64,000 nt of DNA, from the IMG/VR virus record IMGVR_UViG_3300005573_000005; one strand, written 5' to 3'. A model generated the notes under the pieces. The model saw nothing but the letters and a program-made list of their open reading frames with translations. It ran no database searches and was not told the DNA's origin. The DNA comes from a virus. This document shows, in pieces, positions 8,880 to 18,363 of the stretch (its first letter is position 1; each line of letters starts with the position of its first letter). Both the position numbers and the translations under genes were made by a program.

Positions 8880-9947
8880 ATGAAGAAGTTATTAGAAAAA
8901 CTTGTGCAGTCTGTTAATAAGAACTTTCCAGGTGTTGCCAGTTTAGGAACAGATGTTATTTATGCTGATATAATAGATTCTGTTTCTACTGGTTGTACTC
9001 CATTGGATTGTGCTTTAATAGGTTCTGCAAATCCTAAAGGAGGGTTACCTTATGGACGCATGATAGAAATATTTGGTGATTCTTCTGAAGGGAAATCTAC
9101 ACTTGCAGAATCTGTTCTTGCACAGAATTCTAAGAAAGGTGGTATAGGAATACTTTTACTTACTGAAGGTTGTATAGATAAGAAGAGATTAGAGAAATTA
9201 GGTGTGGACCTTTCCAGTCTTGTAACACTTGAAGTATCTACGATAGAAGATGGTTTTGACAGTGCCGCTTTATTAGTTAAGCAGATTAAAGGTTTTACGT
9301 TAGAAGAGAAAAATAGAGATTCAGCTTTAGAGAAACTCAAAGACTTACCTATAGTAATTGTTTGGGATTCTATAAGCCAGTGTACTACAAGAGCAAGTTT
9401 TAAGTCTGATGATCCATCAAGATGGTCAGGGGGGATGGCAGATGTAGCAAGAGCTATAAGAGAAAAGCTTAGGGTTCACAGTTCAACTTTCTCTCGAGGA
9501 CGTGTTTGTTTTATTTTTGTTAGCCAAACAATTAAGCAGTTAGGTATGTGGGGTGGTTCTACTACTCCAGGTGGAAGCGGGATAAAATTTGCATCTTCTA
9601 TTCGTATGGAGATTTCAAGAACTGACTGGATTGATGGTAAATCGGGCAGGGAAGGAATAATTTCAGAAGTAAATATAGTTAAGTCTAAAGTATCAGTTCC
9701 TTTCAGGAAAGTTATTGTTCCTATAAGATTTGAAACAGGTATAGATAATGATTTATCACTATGGTATGCTCTTAAGGATACAGGGATTTTTAAATCTTCT
9801 GGTGGTTGGAATTATGTGACGTTGCCTGATGGGACCACTAAAAATTTTAGATGGGCTGATTACTACAAGATTTTGGATACTTCAATTGGTGAAAACAAAA
9901 CTATCAGGGATTATTTGCTTGAGAAAGTTAGTGAGCTTTACAAATGA
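8880..9947 (+). CDS. RecA-family recombinase (UvsX/RecA/RadA-like)
   Basis: Walker A IEIFGDSSEGKSTLA and Walker B-like PIVIVWDSIS. Sits next to the SSB, as in T4-type recombination modules. Confidence 0.7.
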   Translation: MKKLLEKLVQSVNKNFPGVASLGTDVIYADIIDSVSTGCTPLDCALIGSANPKGGLPYGRMIEIFGDSSEGKSTLAESVLAQNSKKGGIGILLLTEGCIDKKRLEKLGVDLSSLVTLEVSTIEDGFDSAALLVKQIKGFTLEEKNRDSALEKLKDLPIVIVWDSISQCTTRASFKSDDPSRWSGGMADVARAIREKLRVHSSTFSRGRVCFIFVSQTIKQLGMWGGSTTPGGSGIKFASSIRMEISRTDWIDGKSGREGIISEVNIVKSKVSVPFRKVIVPIRFETGIDNDLSLWYALKDTGIFKSSGGWNYVTLPDGTTKNFRWADYYKILDTSIGENKTIRDYLLEKVSELYK

Positions 9948-10168
9948 GTAAGACTAAGAAAAAGATTTTTGGAGTACATCCTGTTCAGAAAAAGCAAATA
10001 CGTAAGTATTGTTTGAAATGTGGTTCTCTTGTACTTGACCGCTATCAAGATAAGTTTTTGGGTATAATGTATCCATGTTTGGAAGAGCATTGTAAATATG
10101 AAGAAGACCGTGCTTTGATTGGTAAGTACTACAATAAAGAATTCTGGGCGCGGAGTCTTAGAGAGTAG
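9944..10168 (+). CDS. small Cys-rich (zinc-ribbon-like) protein
   Basis: CLKCGS ... CLEEHC. Overlaps the upstream stop (ATGA). Confidence 0.4.
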   Translation: MSKTKKKIFGVHPVQKKQIRKYCLKCGSLVLDRYQDKFLGIMYPCLEEHCKYEEDRALIGKYYNKEFWARSLRE

Positions 10169-10211
10169 AAGTCGTAAACACTAAAACTCCTTTGTTGCTT
10201 CAAAGACTTCT

Positions 10212-11189
10212 ATGAACAAGGTTATTTTTGATGCTAATTATCTTCTCAATAGAGTTCTTCATCTCGAAGGTTTTTTTAATTTGACTACTTCTACTTCTGT
10301 TTTTACTGGAGGTGTATTGGGGACTTTAAAAAGTCTTGTTAAGGTTCTTGAAGATATTCCAGCGGAAGAAGTTATTTTTTGTTGGGATGGAGGTTGGAGT
10401 AAGAGAAGACTTTTATTATATCCTGATTATAAGCGGGACCGCTTAGAAAAAGAAAGAACAGAAGAAGATTTTATTAGGGCAGAGAAATTTCTTTTTTCTA
10501 AAGGACTTTTGATTAAGCTACTCCCTAATTTTGGAGTTAGAAGCCTTGCTATTAAAGGTAAAGAAGGCGATGACCTTTGTGCTTTTATAAAATCTCTTTT
10601 TGAAAAAGAAGGAGCTAGCATTGTAATTGTTTCAGATGACTGGGATTTTGCAACGCTTGTATCAGATAGGTGTTCTGTTTATCGTGTTATGTCAGGAAAA
10701 CTTATTACGAATGAGAATTTTTCTTCTGAGACTGGTTTTGAAACTCCTTATGAGTTTCTTCTTTGTGCATCTATAGTAGGTGGTCATGACAATTTGAAAA
10801 CCATTCCTGGTATTGGAGAAGGCACTGTAAAGAAACTATTTAAGGAGTTTAAGTTTCGTACTAAATCAAAGATAGTGCCTGAGACACTTGAAGATTTGTT
10901 TAAGTATTGTCTTCTTAGTAAAAGAAAACGTTTTGTAGACATTGCAAATGCAAGAGAGCAGATTTTACTCAATATAGAACTTGTAGACATGTCTAAAGAG
11001 CAGTTTACTTTAGAGGAAGTTAAGTATGTTCTTGAGGCTTTAACTAAGCCTGTTTGTTTTAATGAGATAGAAGTAATTAAGATTCTTTCTGCTATGGAGT
11101 TTAAGGCTTTGGAGGAAACTTATAGGTATTGGTCTGGTAAATTTACAAGTCTTGGTAGAGGCATTTTGCTTAAGCAGAATGAAGAATAA
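10212..11189 (+). CDS. 5'-3' exonuclease / flap endonuclease (T4 RNase H / Pol I 5'-nuclease family)
   Basis: FCWDGGWSKRRLLLYPDYKRDR, GKEGDDLCAF, IVSDDWDFATL, and an H3TH-like IPGIGEGTVKKL. Confidence 0.8.
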   Translation: MNKVIFDANYLLNRVLHLEGFFNLTTSTSVFTGGVLGTLKSLVKVLEDIPAEEVIFCWDGGWSKRRLLLYPDYKRDRLEKERTEEDFIRAEKFLFSKGLLIKLLPNFGVRSLAIKGKEGDDLCAFIKSLFEKEGASIVIVSDDWDFATLVSDRCSVYRVMSGKLITNENFSSETGFETPYEFLLCASIVGGHDNLKTIPGIGEGTVKKLFKEFKFRTKSKIVPETLEDLFKYCLLSKRKRFVDIANAREQILLNIELVDMSKEQFTLEEVKYVLEALTKPVCFNEIEVIKILSAMEFKALEETYRYWSGKFTSLGRGILLKQNEE

Positions 11190-11239
11190 AAACAATTTTA
11201 ACTGACTGTTTCGTTTTTAAAAACCTCTTTAAGATTTGG

Positions 11240-11334
11240 GAAGGAGATGTAGGTTGGTTATGTTAGTCGTAGTAACAAATAAACTGACCTCCTCGTGTTT
11301 TATGTTGAACGGCTGACATAACCAACTTTCCTTC
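11240..11334 (+). promoter_or_regulatory. structured leader: long-range inverted repeat upstream of the sbcDC-like gene
   Basis: gaagga (11240-11245) pairs with tccttc (11329-11334). gttggttatgt (11253-11263) pairs with acataaccaac (11316-11326). The enclosed loop contains gacctcctc, which is complementary to SD-like GGAGG. Confidence 0.3.
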
Positions 11335-11347
11335 AGGAGTTTTAATT

Positions 11348-14212
11348 ATGAAATTTATAGTTTTCAGTGATTTACATGCTTCGGGTTTTAACTACTACAA
11401 GGCTTTAAACTATTCGCATCAGTTGTCTTGTGTGTATCATACTCTTATTTGGATAGCTGAATTGTGTAAAAAGAATAAACCAGATTTTGTAGTTTGTTGT
11501 GGCGATATTGTTAGTTCGAATTCTTATGTGGAAATACCTGTAAATAATGCTATTTTTGAAGGATTTTCTCAAATTGCTAAAGAAGTACCTGTTCATGTTG
11601 TGATGGGTAATCACGATTTAGATACTCGTACTAATGCTTCTTCTTATATAGAAGCTTTGAAAGAGATAAATAACGTTACTGTTTATACAGGAGTAAAAAG
11701 GGTTAGTATTAACAATAAAAATTTAATATTTGTTCCTTATACAGACGATTTTTCTATTATTCCTGAAGATTTGTTTAAGACTGCTTTTGATTATGCTTTT
11801 ATACATCTTCCTATACAAGGTGTTACTCTCGCTCCTGGTATTTTGGATGAAGGAATAGATCCTAAAAAATTTCTACTCTGGAATAGAGTCTTTGCTGGAC
11901 ATTATCATACTCCTCAAGATAACGCTTTAGGTTATAGTAATTTGTACTTTGTAGGGTCCGTTTTGTTCAGTAACTTTACTGAGAATTGTTTAACGGCTTT
12001 TGATAGAGGAGTAATTATTTGTGATAATGATTCTGTTATAAGATTGCCTAATCCTTTTACGCCGTTTTATACTACAGTTAGAAATAAAGAGGAACTTCTT
12101 TCTTATAAAAGAGATAAGAAGAGAACATTTCTCAGGATAAGTTTTGAGCCTGATGGCTTAGATTTATCCGAGTTTCTTAGGGTTTATACTATTAAGGCAG
12201 GGAAGGTAGAAAATGTGGCACGTACTAATTTATCTGTAAATACTGACCCTGCTGTTGCTGTAAAAGAGTATGGTAAGTTTAAGAATTTTTCAGATGATGT
12301 TATAGAATCAGGAATTCAAATATTAGATTCTGTAAAAGAAGATTTTAAAGTAAAGACTGTTCCTGTTTTTCATCGTTTTAATAAATTATATGTCCGTAAT
12401 TTTTTGTGTGTTTCTGAGATAACTCTTGATTTGAGTAATTTAGGTTCTGTTTTGGTAGAAGGTATTAACAAAGATGAGACCTGTTCTATTTCCTCAGGTG
12501 CAGGCAAATCAGCTTCTTTTGTTGAACCTATTTTATGGTGTCTTTTTGACAGGACTGTAAGAGGTGTTAAAAAAGATGCTGTAATTAATGAAAAAGCTGG
12601 TAAGGATTGTATTGTGCATCTGCAATTTACTTCGGGGAATAAAATTTATGATGTGGTAAGGTATAGGAAGCTGGATGGTTATAAAGTCTATGACAGGCTT
12701 TTAACAGATACAGGTATAAATATTTTTGAGAATGGTGTAGATATTTCTAAGAAAAAAGCATTAGATACGGATGCTTTAATTAGTTCTATAATAGGTTTAT
12801 CCTGGGAAGCTTTTGTTTCTCTTATTCTTATAGGAAGTGCGTCGCAGGGAAATTTTGTAACGTTTTCCAGTTTAGGACCGTTTGATAGAATCCTCTTTCT
12901 TGAGAGTTTTTTGCCTTGGCTTGAGATTTATGCTAAAGCTTATCAAAAAGCCTTGGATTTGTCTAACGATTTATCGAGTGAAGAAAATTCTTTAAATAGC
13001 AGTCTTGCTGTTTTAGATGAGAGAATTAAAGAGAAACAGAGTAAAATTTCTTCTTTTGAGCAAGAATCGAAAACATTTGAACTTTCAAGAGCTTCTAAGC
13101 TATCTGAAATAGACCAGAAGATTACAGCTTTAAAATCTAAGTTAGAAACGGTTGTCCTTGCTTTGAAGGAGAATAGAGAGAAGCTTTCTATTGTAGAATC
13201 TAAGGTGGAAGAACCTACAGATAAGTCTGCTGAAATTTCGGAACTTAATTCAATTATCAATATCAATGAAATAGAAAAGTCTAAACTGAAGAAAATGATT
13301 TCTAATGTAGCTAACGTTGTTTGTGATAAGTGTGGGCAACCTATTTCAGATGATTATAGAAATAAAGTGGTTGAAGAAAGCAAGTTAAAGATTTTAGAAC
13401 TCGATAATAGTATACTTATTGCTAAAAAGTCTCTTGAAGAAATTCTTAAGAAGAAGTCTGAGGAAGAAACAAGGTATAGGCAATGTCAGTCGCTTCTTAA
13501 TGAATTACAACATAAAATTTCTTCTTTAGATACAGATGAAAAACTTCTGAAGAGAGAATTAGAAATTCTACAGAGTTCTAAAATTGAAGTAGAGCAAAGT
13601 GAGAACCGTTATCTCTCTTTGATTGAGAAAGAGAAGACTGAACTCTTAAAGGCTGAGAAAGATTTTCAAGAATTGCAGAAGAAGCTTCAAGATTGTCTGA
13701 CAAGGAAGGAAAAGGTTTCGTTATGGGTACAAGGATTTTCACCTTCTGGTGTTCGTTCTTACATTCTTGACAGTGTATTGAATTTTATTAACGAACGTCT
13801 TAGTTTTTATTCTTCTCAGATTTTTGAGGATAATGTACTGGTTAAGTTTGTACCTTCTATTATTGGTAATAAAACTTCTATAGAAATCTTTTTAAGTTCT
13901 GCTAATTTCAAGAATCGTGTGTATTCTAATTGTTCTGGAGGAGAGAAACGTAGAGCAGATATTTCTATTGCATTAGCTATTCGTGATTTTGTGCAATCTT
14001 ATACAAATTCTAACTGTAATATTTTAATTGCTGATGAAATAATAGATTCGTTAGATAAGCGTTCAAGTTCTTTTGTTCTTACTTGTTTGAAAAGTGTTGC
14101 AGATAATGTATTTGTCATTTCTCATTCTCCAGATGTGAAAGGTCTACTCGATTCTGTAATAACTGTAGTTAAACAGAATGGTCAAACTACAATAGCTAAA
14201 GGAGGAATGTAA
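11348..14212 (+). CDS. fused SbcD/Mre11-like nuclease and SbcC/Rad50-like ATPase (T4 gp47+gp46 equivalents in one polypeptide)
   Basis: N-terminal phosphoesterase motifs: FSDLHAS, CCGDIVS, MGNHD, GHYH. Then Walker A SSGAGKSAS, a long coiled coil with a CxxC hook (VCDKCGQP), the ABC signature CSGGEKRRADISIALA, Walker B ILIADEIIDSLD and VFVISH. Confidence 0.8.
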   Translation: MKFIVFSDLHASGFNYYKALNYSHQLSCVYHTLIWIAELCKKNKPDFVVCCGDIVSSNSYVEIPVNNAIFEGFSQIAKEVPVHVVMGNHDLDTRTNASSYIEALKEINNVTVYTGVKRVSINNKNLIFVPYTDDFSIIPEDLFKTAFDYAFIHLPIQGVTLAPGILDEGIDPKKFLLWNRVFAGHYHTPQDNALGYSNLYFVGSVLFSNFTENCLTAFDRGVIICDNDSVIRLPNPFTPFYTTVRNKEELLSYKRDKKRTFLRISFEPDGLDLSEFLRVYTIKAGKVENVARTNLSVNTDPAVAVKEYGKFKNFSDDVIESGIQILDSVKEDFKVKTVPVFHRFNKLYVRNFLCVSEITLDLSNLGSVLVEGINKDETCSISSGAGKSASFVEPILWCLFDRTVRGVKKDAVINEKAGKDCIVHLQFTSGNKIYDVVRYRKLDGYKVYDRLLTDTGINIFENGVDISKKKALDTDALISSIIGLSWEAFVSLILIGSASQGNFVTFSSLGPFDRILFLESFLPWLEIYAKAYQKALDLSNDLSSEENSLNSSLAVLDERIKEKQSKISSFEQESKTFELSRASKLSEIDQKITALKSKLETVVLALKENREKLSIVESKVEEPTDKSAEISELNSIININEIEKSKLKKMISNVANVVCDKCGQPISDDYRNKVVEESKLKILELDNSILIAKKSLEEILKKKSEEETRYRQCQSLLNELQHKISSLDTDEKLLKRELEILQSSKIEVEQSENRYLSLIEKEKTELLKAEKDFQELQKKLQDCLTRKEKVSLWVQGFSPSGVRSYILDSVLNFINERLSFYSSQIFEDNVLVKFVPSIIGNKTSIEIFLSSANFKNRVYSNCSGGEKRRADISIALAIRDFVQSYTNSNCNILIADEIIDSLDKRSSSFVLTCLKSVADNVFVISHSPDVKGLLDSVITVVKQNGQTTIAKGGM

Positions 14213-14213
14213 A

Positions 14214-14657
14214 ATGTTTAAGTTTAAAACAGTAAAAGGTTCAGTAGCGCCTGTTAGGCAAACATTAACTTCAGCTATTTTTAATATTTGTGTCAATTTA
14301 AAGAGGACAGCAAAAAATTTAAAAAAGAATTCCAGTGATTTTGAAATATCAGGTGAGAAGATGTTTATAAAACCTTCGGGTTATGCAGAAATTCTTACAG
14401 GAATTTTTCTGGAAACAGATTCAGAGTGTGTAGGGTTATTATGTCCTGTAGATTTTTTATATTCTCGTTATGGTTTAATTATACCAAATTCTCCTAAAGT
14501 TTTTGATTGCAATTTTAAAGGGGAAATTTTTATTCCTGTTTTGAACATATCAGATTCTTTGTCAATTATACCAAATAAGGCGGTTTTGGCTCAATTTATT
14601 GCACAACTCAATATTATTTCTGAAGTGTGCAGGGAAAAGAATTCGTTTGGATCGTAA
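14214..14657 (+). CDS. dUTPase-like protein (divergent motifs)
   Basis: YSRYGLIIPNSPKVFDCNFKGEIFIPVLNIS resembles dUTPase motifs 2-3 (RSS..G..idsdYrGEi.v.l.N), but several conserved residues are substituted. Confidence 0.4.
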   Translation: MFKFKTVKGSVAPVRQTLTSAIFNICVNLKRTAKNLKKNSSDFEISGEKMFIKPSGYAEILTGIFLETDSECVGLLCPVDFLYSRYGLIIPNSPKVFDCNFKGEIFIPVLNISDSLSIIPNKAVLAQFIAQLNIISEVCREKNSFGS

Positions 14658-15151
14658 TGAAAGACTACGAAGCGAGGATTATAAAGTCTTTTCGTTCTTG
14701 TTGCATGGTTATCAGGCTTTATGATAGTTTTACCGCTAGAGGTAAAATTGTTCCGCCTCAAGGATGTGATATTTTACTTTTGTTAGAAGATTCAATTGTG
14801 ATACCTGTAGAATTGAAAAAATGTTCTAGTAAAAAATTTTCTGTTTTGTCCAGGATTCGCAGGAAGCAACTTCAGTTTCTTGAGTTATGTGCGGACAAAA
14901 AAATTTTTGCATTTGTGCTTGTAGAATTTAAGGATGTAATTATTTCCTTACCTTGTGTAGCTCTTATTGAATTTCTTAAGGAAAGGGATTTACGTCCTCG
15001 CAGAAGTTGTTTGCTGGATTTATCTACAATTAAGCCTCATACAGGTATTACAGGTACGGAAATTTTGTATAGTTTTGGATGTTATAAATCTATAAAAGAT
15101 TGGTTTTCAAGTTTAAAAAAAGCCTTAAGTTGCCTGGTTATAAAGGAGTAG
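14657..15151 (+). CDS. PD-(D/E)xK nuclease, possibly a Holliday-junction resolvase (Hjc-like)
   Basis: GCDILLLLEDSIVIPVELKK gives a D...E-x-K arrangement. ATG 14657 overlaps the upstream stop (TAATGA). Sits in the recombination module. Confidence 0.35.
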   Translation: MKDYEARIIKSFRSCCMVIRLYDSFTARGKIVPPQGCDILLLLEDSIVIPVELKKCSSKKFSVLSRIRRKQLQFLELCADKKIFAFVLVEFKDVIISLPCVALIEFLKERDLRPRRSCLLDLSTIKPHTGITGTEILYSFGCYKSIKDWFSSLKKALSCLVIKE

Positions 15152-15160
15152 GAGGAGGAT

Positions 15161-16150
15161 ATGAAAAAACTTAGCCAAAAATCTTTTCAAGAGCTTTTTC
15201 AAAGTCCTTGTGATTTGTATCAAGGTTGTGGAGAACAAATTGTTTTGAGAAATAAAGGTAAAACATCGGAACCTGATTTTGAGCAATTGCTTGAATTAGA
15301 AAATTCAGGCAAGTATGCGGCTGAACCTAAGTTTGATGGTGTTTGGGTAGCAATCTTTTATGACGGCAAAAGCCTTTTTGTTTTTTCTAGAAATGGCAAA
15401 GTTGAACATGTAAAACTTCCCTCTGAATATTTGGCGCCTCAATCTATTCTTATAGGCGAGCTCTGTAAGGGGGGGTATACTTTGGTAAATATTTTTGATG
15501 TGCTGATGTGGGATGGCGCATCTTTTTTTGATTATCCTTATGTTATCAGGACGGCTGTTCTTACAGATATATTTACTTCAGAACTTTCTTTTTGTAATAG
15601 TTTTTTCAGGAAAGTTCAATCTTTTTTGTCAGGTTGGGTAGATTTATATAAAAAACAGCCCGAAGGAATAATTCTTAAGAAGCTAAGTTCTAAGTATGTA
15701 GGGGGATATACTAAAGATTTTATTAAAGTTAAGAAATGGTTTACAGAAGATTTAGTTTGTATGGGTTGGTATCCTATTCAAGGTAAGGAAAAAATATCTC
15801 TTATTGTAGGTGTTTATAAAAAATGTTCTAAGGAAGAACAATTAGCAAAAATAGAAGAATTTAAGAAATTGGGTAATACTTATATAACAAAAAAGGAGGA
15901 TATACTGATGCAGGAAATAAAAGGTAAGAAGTATTATCTTGTTCCTGTTTGTAGTGTTGGGGGTATGTCCAGGAAGAATTGCAAAAGGCTTTCTGAGAAC
16001 TTTGCTTTATATGAAGGTCGTGTTGTAGAAGTACAGCATTGGGGTTATTTAGATGAGGGGTTATTGGCGCATCCATCTGTTTTTGAGTCTGCAGGCGATT
16101 TAGGTTTTCGTTTAGATAAAGACAGAAGAGATTGCTTACAGTGTATATAA
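15161..16150 (+). CDS. ATP-dependent DNA ligase
   Basis: Strong RBS (aggaggagga). Adenylation motif I AEPKFDGVW, motif III FDVLMWDG, motif IV EGIILKK, motif V IKVKK. Confidence 0.85.
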   Translation: MKKLSQKSFQELFQSPCDLYQGCGEQIVLRNKGKTSEPDFEQLLELENSGKYAAEPKFDGVWVAIFYDGKSLFVFSRNGKVEHVKLPSEYLAPQSILIGELCKGGYTLVNIFDVLMWDGASFFDYPYVIRTAVLTDIFTSELSFCNSFFRKVQSFLSGWVDLYKKQPEGIILKKLSSKYVGGYTKDFIKVKKWFTEDLVCMGWYPIQGKEKISLIVGVYKKCSKEEQLAKIEEFKKLGNTYITKKEDILMQEIKGKKYYLVPVCSVGGMSRKNCKRLSENFALYEGRVVEVQHWGYLDEGLLAHPSVFESAGDLGFRLDKDRRDCLQCI

Positions 16151-16271
16151 CCTTTATATATTTTATTATTTGAGATATAAAAGGTTTTTATGCCTATCCT
16201 AAGGAAAAGTTTAAAAGGCTTATGGAAAAGGCTTATAAAAGATATATAAAATTATTTGAGGAAACATAGTT

Positions 16272-17171
16272 ATGAATAAGCAGTCAGAAATAGAAAAACT
16301 AAAAGCGGAAATCGAGCGGTTGAAAAAGGAGTTGAAGAAAAGGAAGAAATACGGGCTTGTTTGGGAAGACAAAACAGAAGAAGTGGTTGAGATGTGTAAA
16401 GAAAAATTACCGGTGCTTAAAGAAGTAAAAGATAAAGAAATAATCACTGATAAAAACAAGCCGGTAAATTTATTGATTGAAGGTGATAATTACCACGCTC
16501 TTTCGGTTTTAAATTATACCTACGCCGGCAAAGTTGATGTTATTTATATTGACCCGCCGTATAACACGGGCAACAAAGATTTTATTTTCAACGACCATTA
16601 TGTTGACCGCGAAGATGCCTACCGTCACTCAAAATGGCTTTCTTTTATGGAGAAAAGATTAAAATTAGCAAAGAATTTATTAAAAGATACCGGAGTAATT
16701 TTTATTTCAATTGATGACAACGAAGTAGCGCAACTGAAATTATTGATGGATAATCCAGATTTGTTTGGGGAAGGTAATTTTATTGCTAATATAATTTGGC
16801 GAAAGAAAAGAACGTTCGGGCGAGGTGATGCGTTAATAATTCCTCAGACTGAATATATATTAAATTACGCGAAAGTTAAAAGAAATTTAAGAGGATATTT
16901 TTTACCTTTTTCTAAAAAAAAGATTAAGGATTATAAATTTAGAGATAATAGGGGGTATTATAGAAGAGTTCCTTTAGAACATCCTTTTCCAAAAGGTGCA
17001 TATATACGGAAAACATTTTACAAGTACTTGAACAGATATAATAAGAGCAATAAAGACCCAAACAGTTTATTGCCACCAAAAATATTGTTGACAAAAGAAG
17101 GAAATTATGATGATATATCTTCTCAAACAACAAAAGAAAGAAAAAATTTCAGCATACAAAATAGGGATTGA
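16272..17171 (+). pseudogene. N-terminal fragment of a type III Mod / type IIG-like N6-adenine DNA methyltransferase
   Basis: LLIEGDNYHALSVLNY.., VDVIYIDPPYNTGNKDFIFNDHYV, HSKWLSFMEKRLKLAKNLLKDTGVIFISIDDNE and NFIANIIWRKK are typical of this family. The C-terminal AdoMet-binding FxGxG half is absent and the tail degenerates into a K/N-rich sequence. Confidence 0.65.
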
Positions 17172-18363
17172 TGTTTGGATTGAAAAAAGTTATAAGGCAA
17201 AAAGACAAAAGATAAAAATGAAGCTAAACCAATCTCAAATAGAACTTCAGGAACGAATCATTCGAGTCTTAGAAGAACAGGGATTTAAAATAGATTCTCA
17301 TGTGAGACCCAGGGGATGTAGTAAAACAACTTATCGCAGAATCCAACAAAAGGCAAAGTTCGAACAATTATTTTTGCACAAAAATTTTTTAATAGATTCT
17401 TTTGAGAAAGTGAAAAATTATTGCAGAAATGGTTTTGAAATTATTCCTGAGAAGATTTCTTTAGAATTAAAAGAGGTTCAGTCAGGTTCTTTTGAAGAGG
17501 TTTTATTTAAATGGTGGAATTTAATCTGGTGGAGTATTCCATATCAACGTCCATGTGGTCGCCAGATGAGGTTTTTATTATGGGATATAACACATGATAC
17601 ACCGTTTGGGTTAATTAGCTTACAAAGTCCTGTACTTAAAATGTCTGTTCGTGATAATTACTTGGGTATACCTAAGGATGACTTAGACATATGGGTAAAT
17701 AAATCAATGAACGCGCATAGAGTTGGAGCTTTGCCGCCGTATAATGAATTATTGGGCGGAAAAATGGTTGCTCTTACCCTGTCTTGCAATGAAATCAGAG
17801 AAGCATATAGAAGAAAATATAAGAATTACACAACAATCATTAAAGGAAGAAAGTTAGAACCTGAGCTCTTATTTATTACTACTACAAGTGCTTTTGGGAA
17901 AAGCAGTTTATACAATCGTTTAAGATATAATGGAGAAGTCGTGGCACAAAGTTTAGGTTATACTCAAGGTTCTGGGACATTTCATATCCCTGAGGATTTA
18001 TATGAAGAACTCCTTGAATTTTTAAAAAGTCAGGGAGTTGATGTGGCAAGAGGTTGTGGACACGGACCTTCAAGAAAACTAAAACTAATAAGTCTTGGTC
18101 TAAAATATCTTGGGTTATCAAAATATGAATATCACGGGATTAAACGAGAGTTTTATTTGTTTCCACTTGTTAAAAATTTAAAAAAGGTTATTCAAGATGG
18201 GGAGGAACCAATATGGGTAGATCGTCCTTTTGATAAATTGGTTGATTATTGGAAAGAAAGATGGGCAATACCAAGGGCAGAGAGAATTTCTGAATGGAAA
18301 AATTTTGATAGCAATAAATTTTTCAAAAAGGTAGAAAAATTTTTAAATGCAGACAGTGTGTGA
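17107..18363 (+). CDS. DUF4338 (Druantia DruA-like) domain protein
   Basis: WWNLIWWSIPYQRPCGRQMRFLLWD..PFGLISLQSPVLKMSVRDNYLGI fits my recollection of the DUF4338 core (W..HHYLG...G..lRYlv...g..vallgf.saa.k...RD.wIGW). It overlaps the methyltransferase fragment by 65 nt across an A-rich tract. ATG 17218 is an alternative start. Confidence 0.5.
   Translation: MMIYLLKQQKKEKISAYKIGIDVWIEKSYKAKRQKIKMKLNQSQIELQERIIRVLEEQGFKIDSHVRPRGCSKTTYRRIQQKAKFEQLFLHKNFLIDSFEKVKNYCRNGFEIIPEKISLELKEVQSGSFEEVLFKWWNLIWWSIPYQRPCGRQMRFLLWDITHDTPFGLISLQSPVLKMSVRDNYLGIPKDDLDIWVNKSMNAHRVGALPPYNELLGGKMVALTLSCNEIREAYRRKYKNYTTIIKGRKLEPELLFITTTSAFGKSSLYNRLRYNGEVVAQSLGYTQGSGTFHIPEDLYEELLEFLKSQGVDVARGCGHGPSRKLKLISLGLKYLGLSKYEYHGIKREFYLFPLVKNLKKVIQDGEEPIWVDRPFDKLVDYWKERWAIPRAERISEWKNFDSNKFFKKVEKFLNADSV

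Noticed and set aside
10169-10211. A 7-bp inverted repeat (agaagtc ... gacttct) between 9944..10168 and the flap nuclease gene, considered as a terminator.
   Set aside because: The loop is about 30 nt and there is no T-run. It probably has no terminator function.
17107-17171. Programmed frameshift joining the Mod-like fragment to the DUF4338 ORF.
   Set aside because: It is only a possibility. The overlap crosses an A-rich tract, but I see no canonical slippery heptamer plus downstream structure. The methyltransferase part is already degenerate before the overlap. I kept it as an alternative inside the islet finding rather than as a feature.
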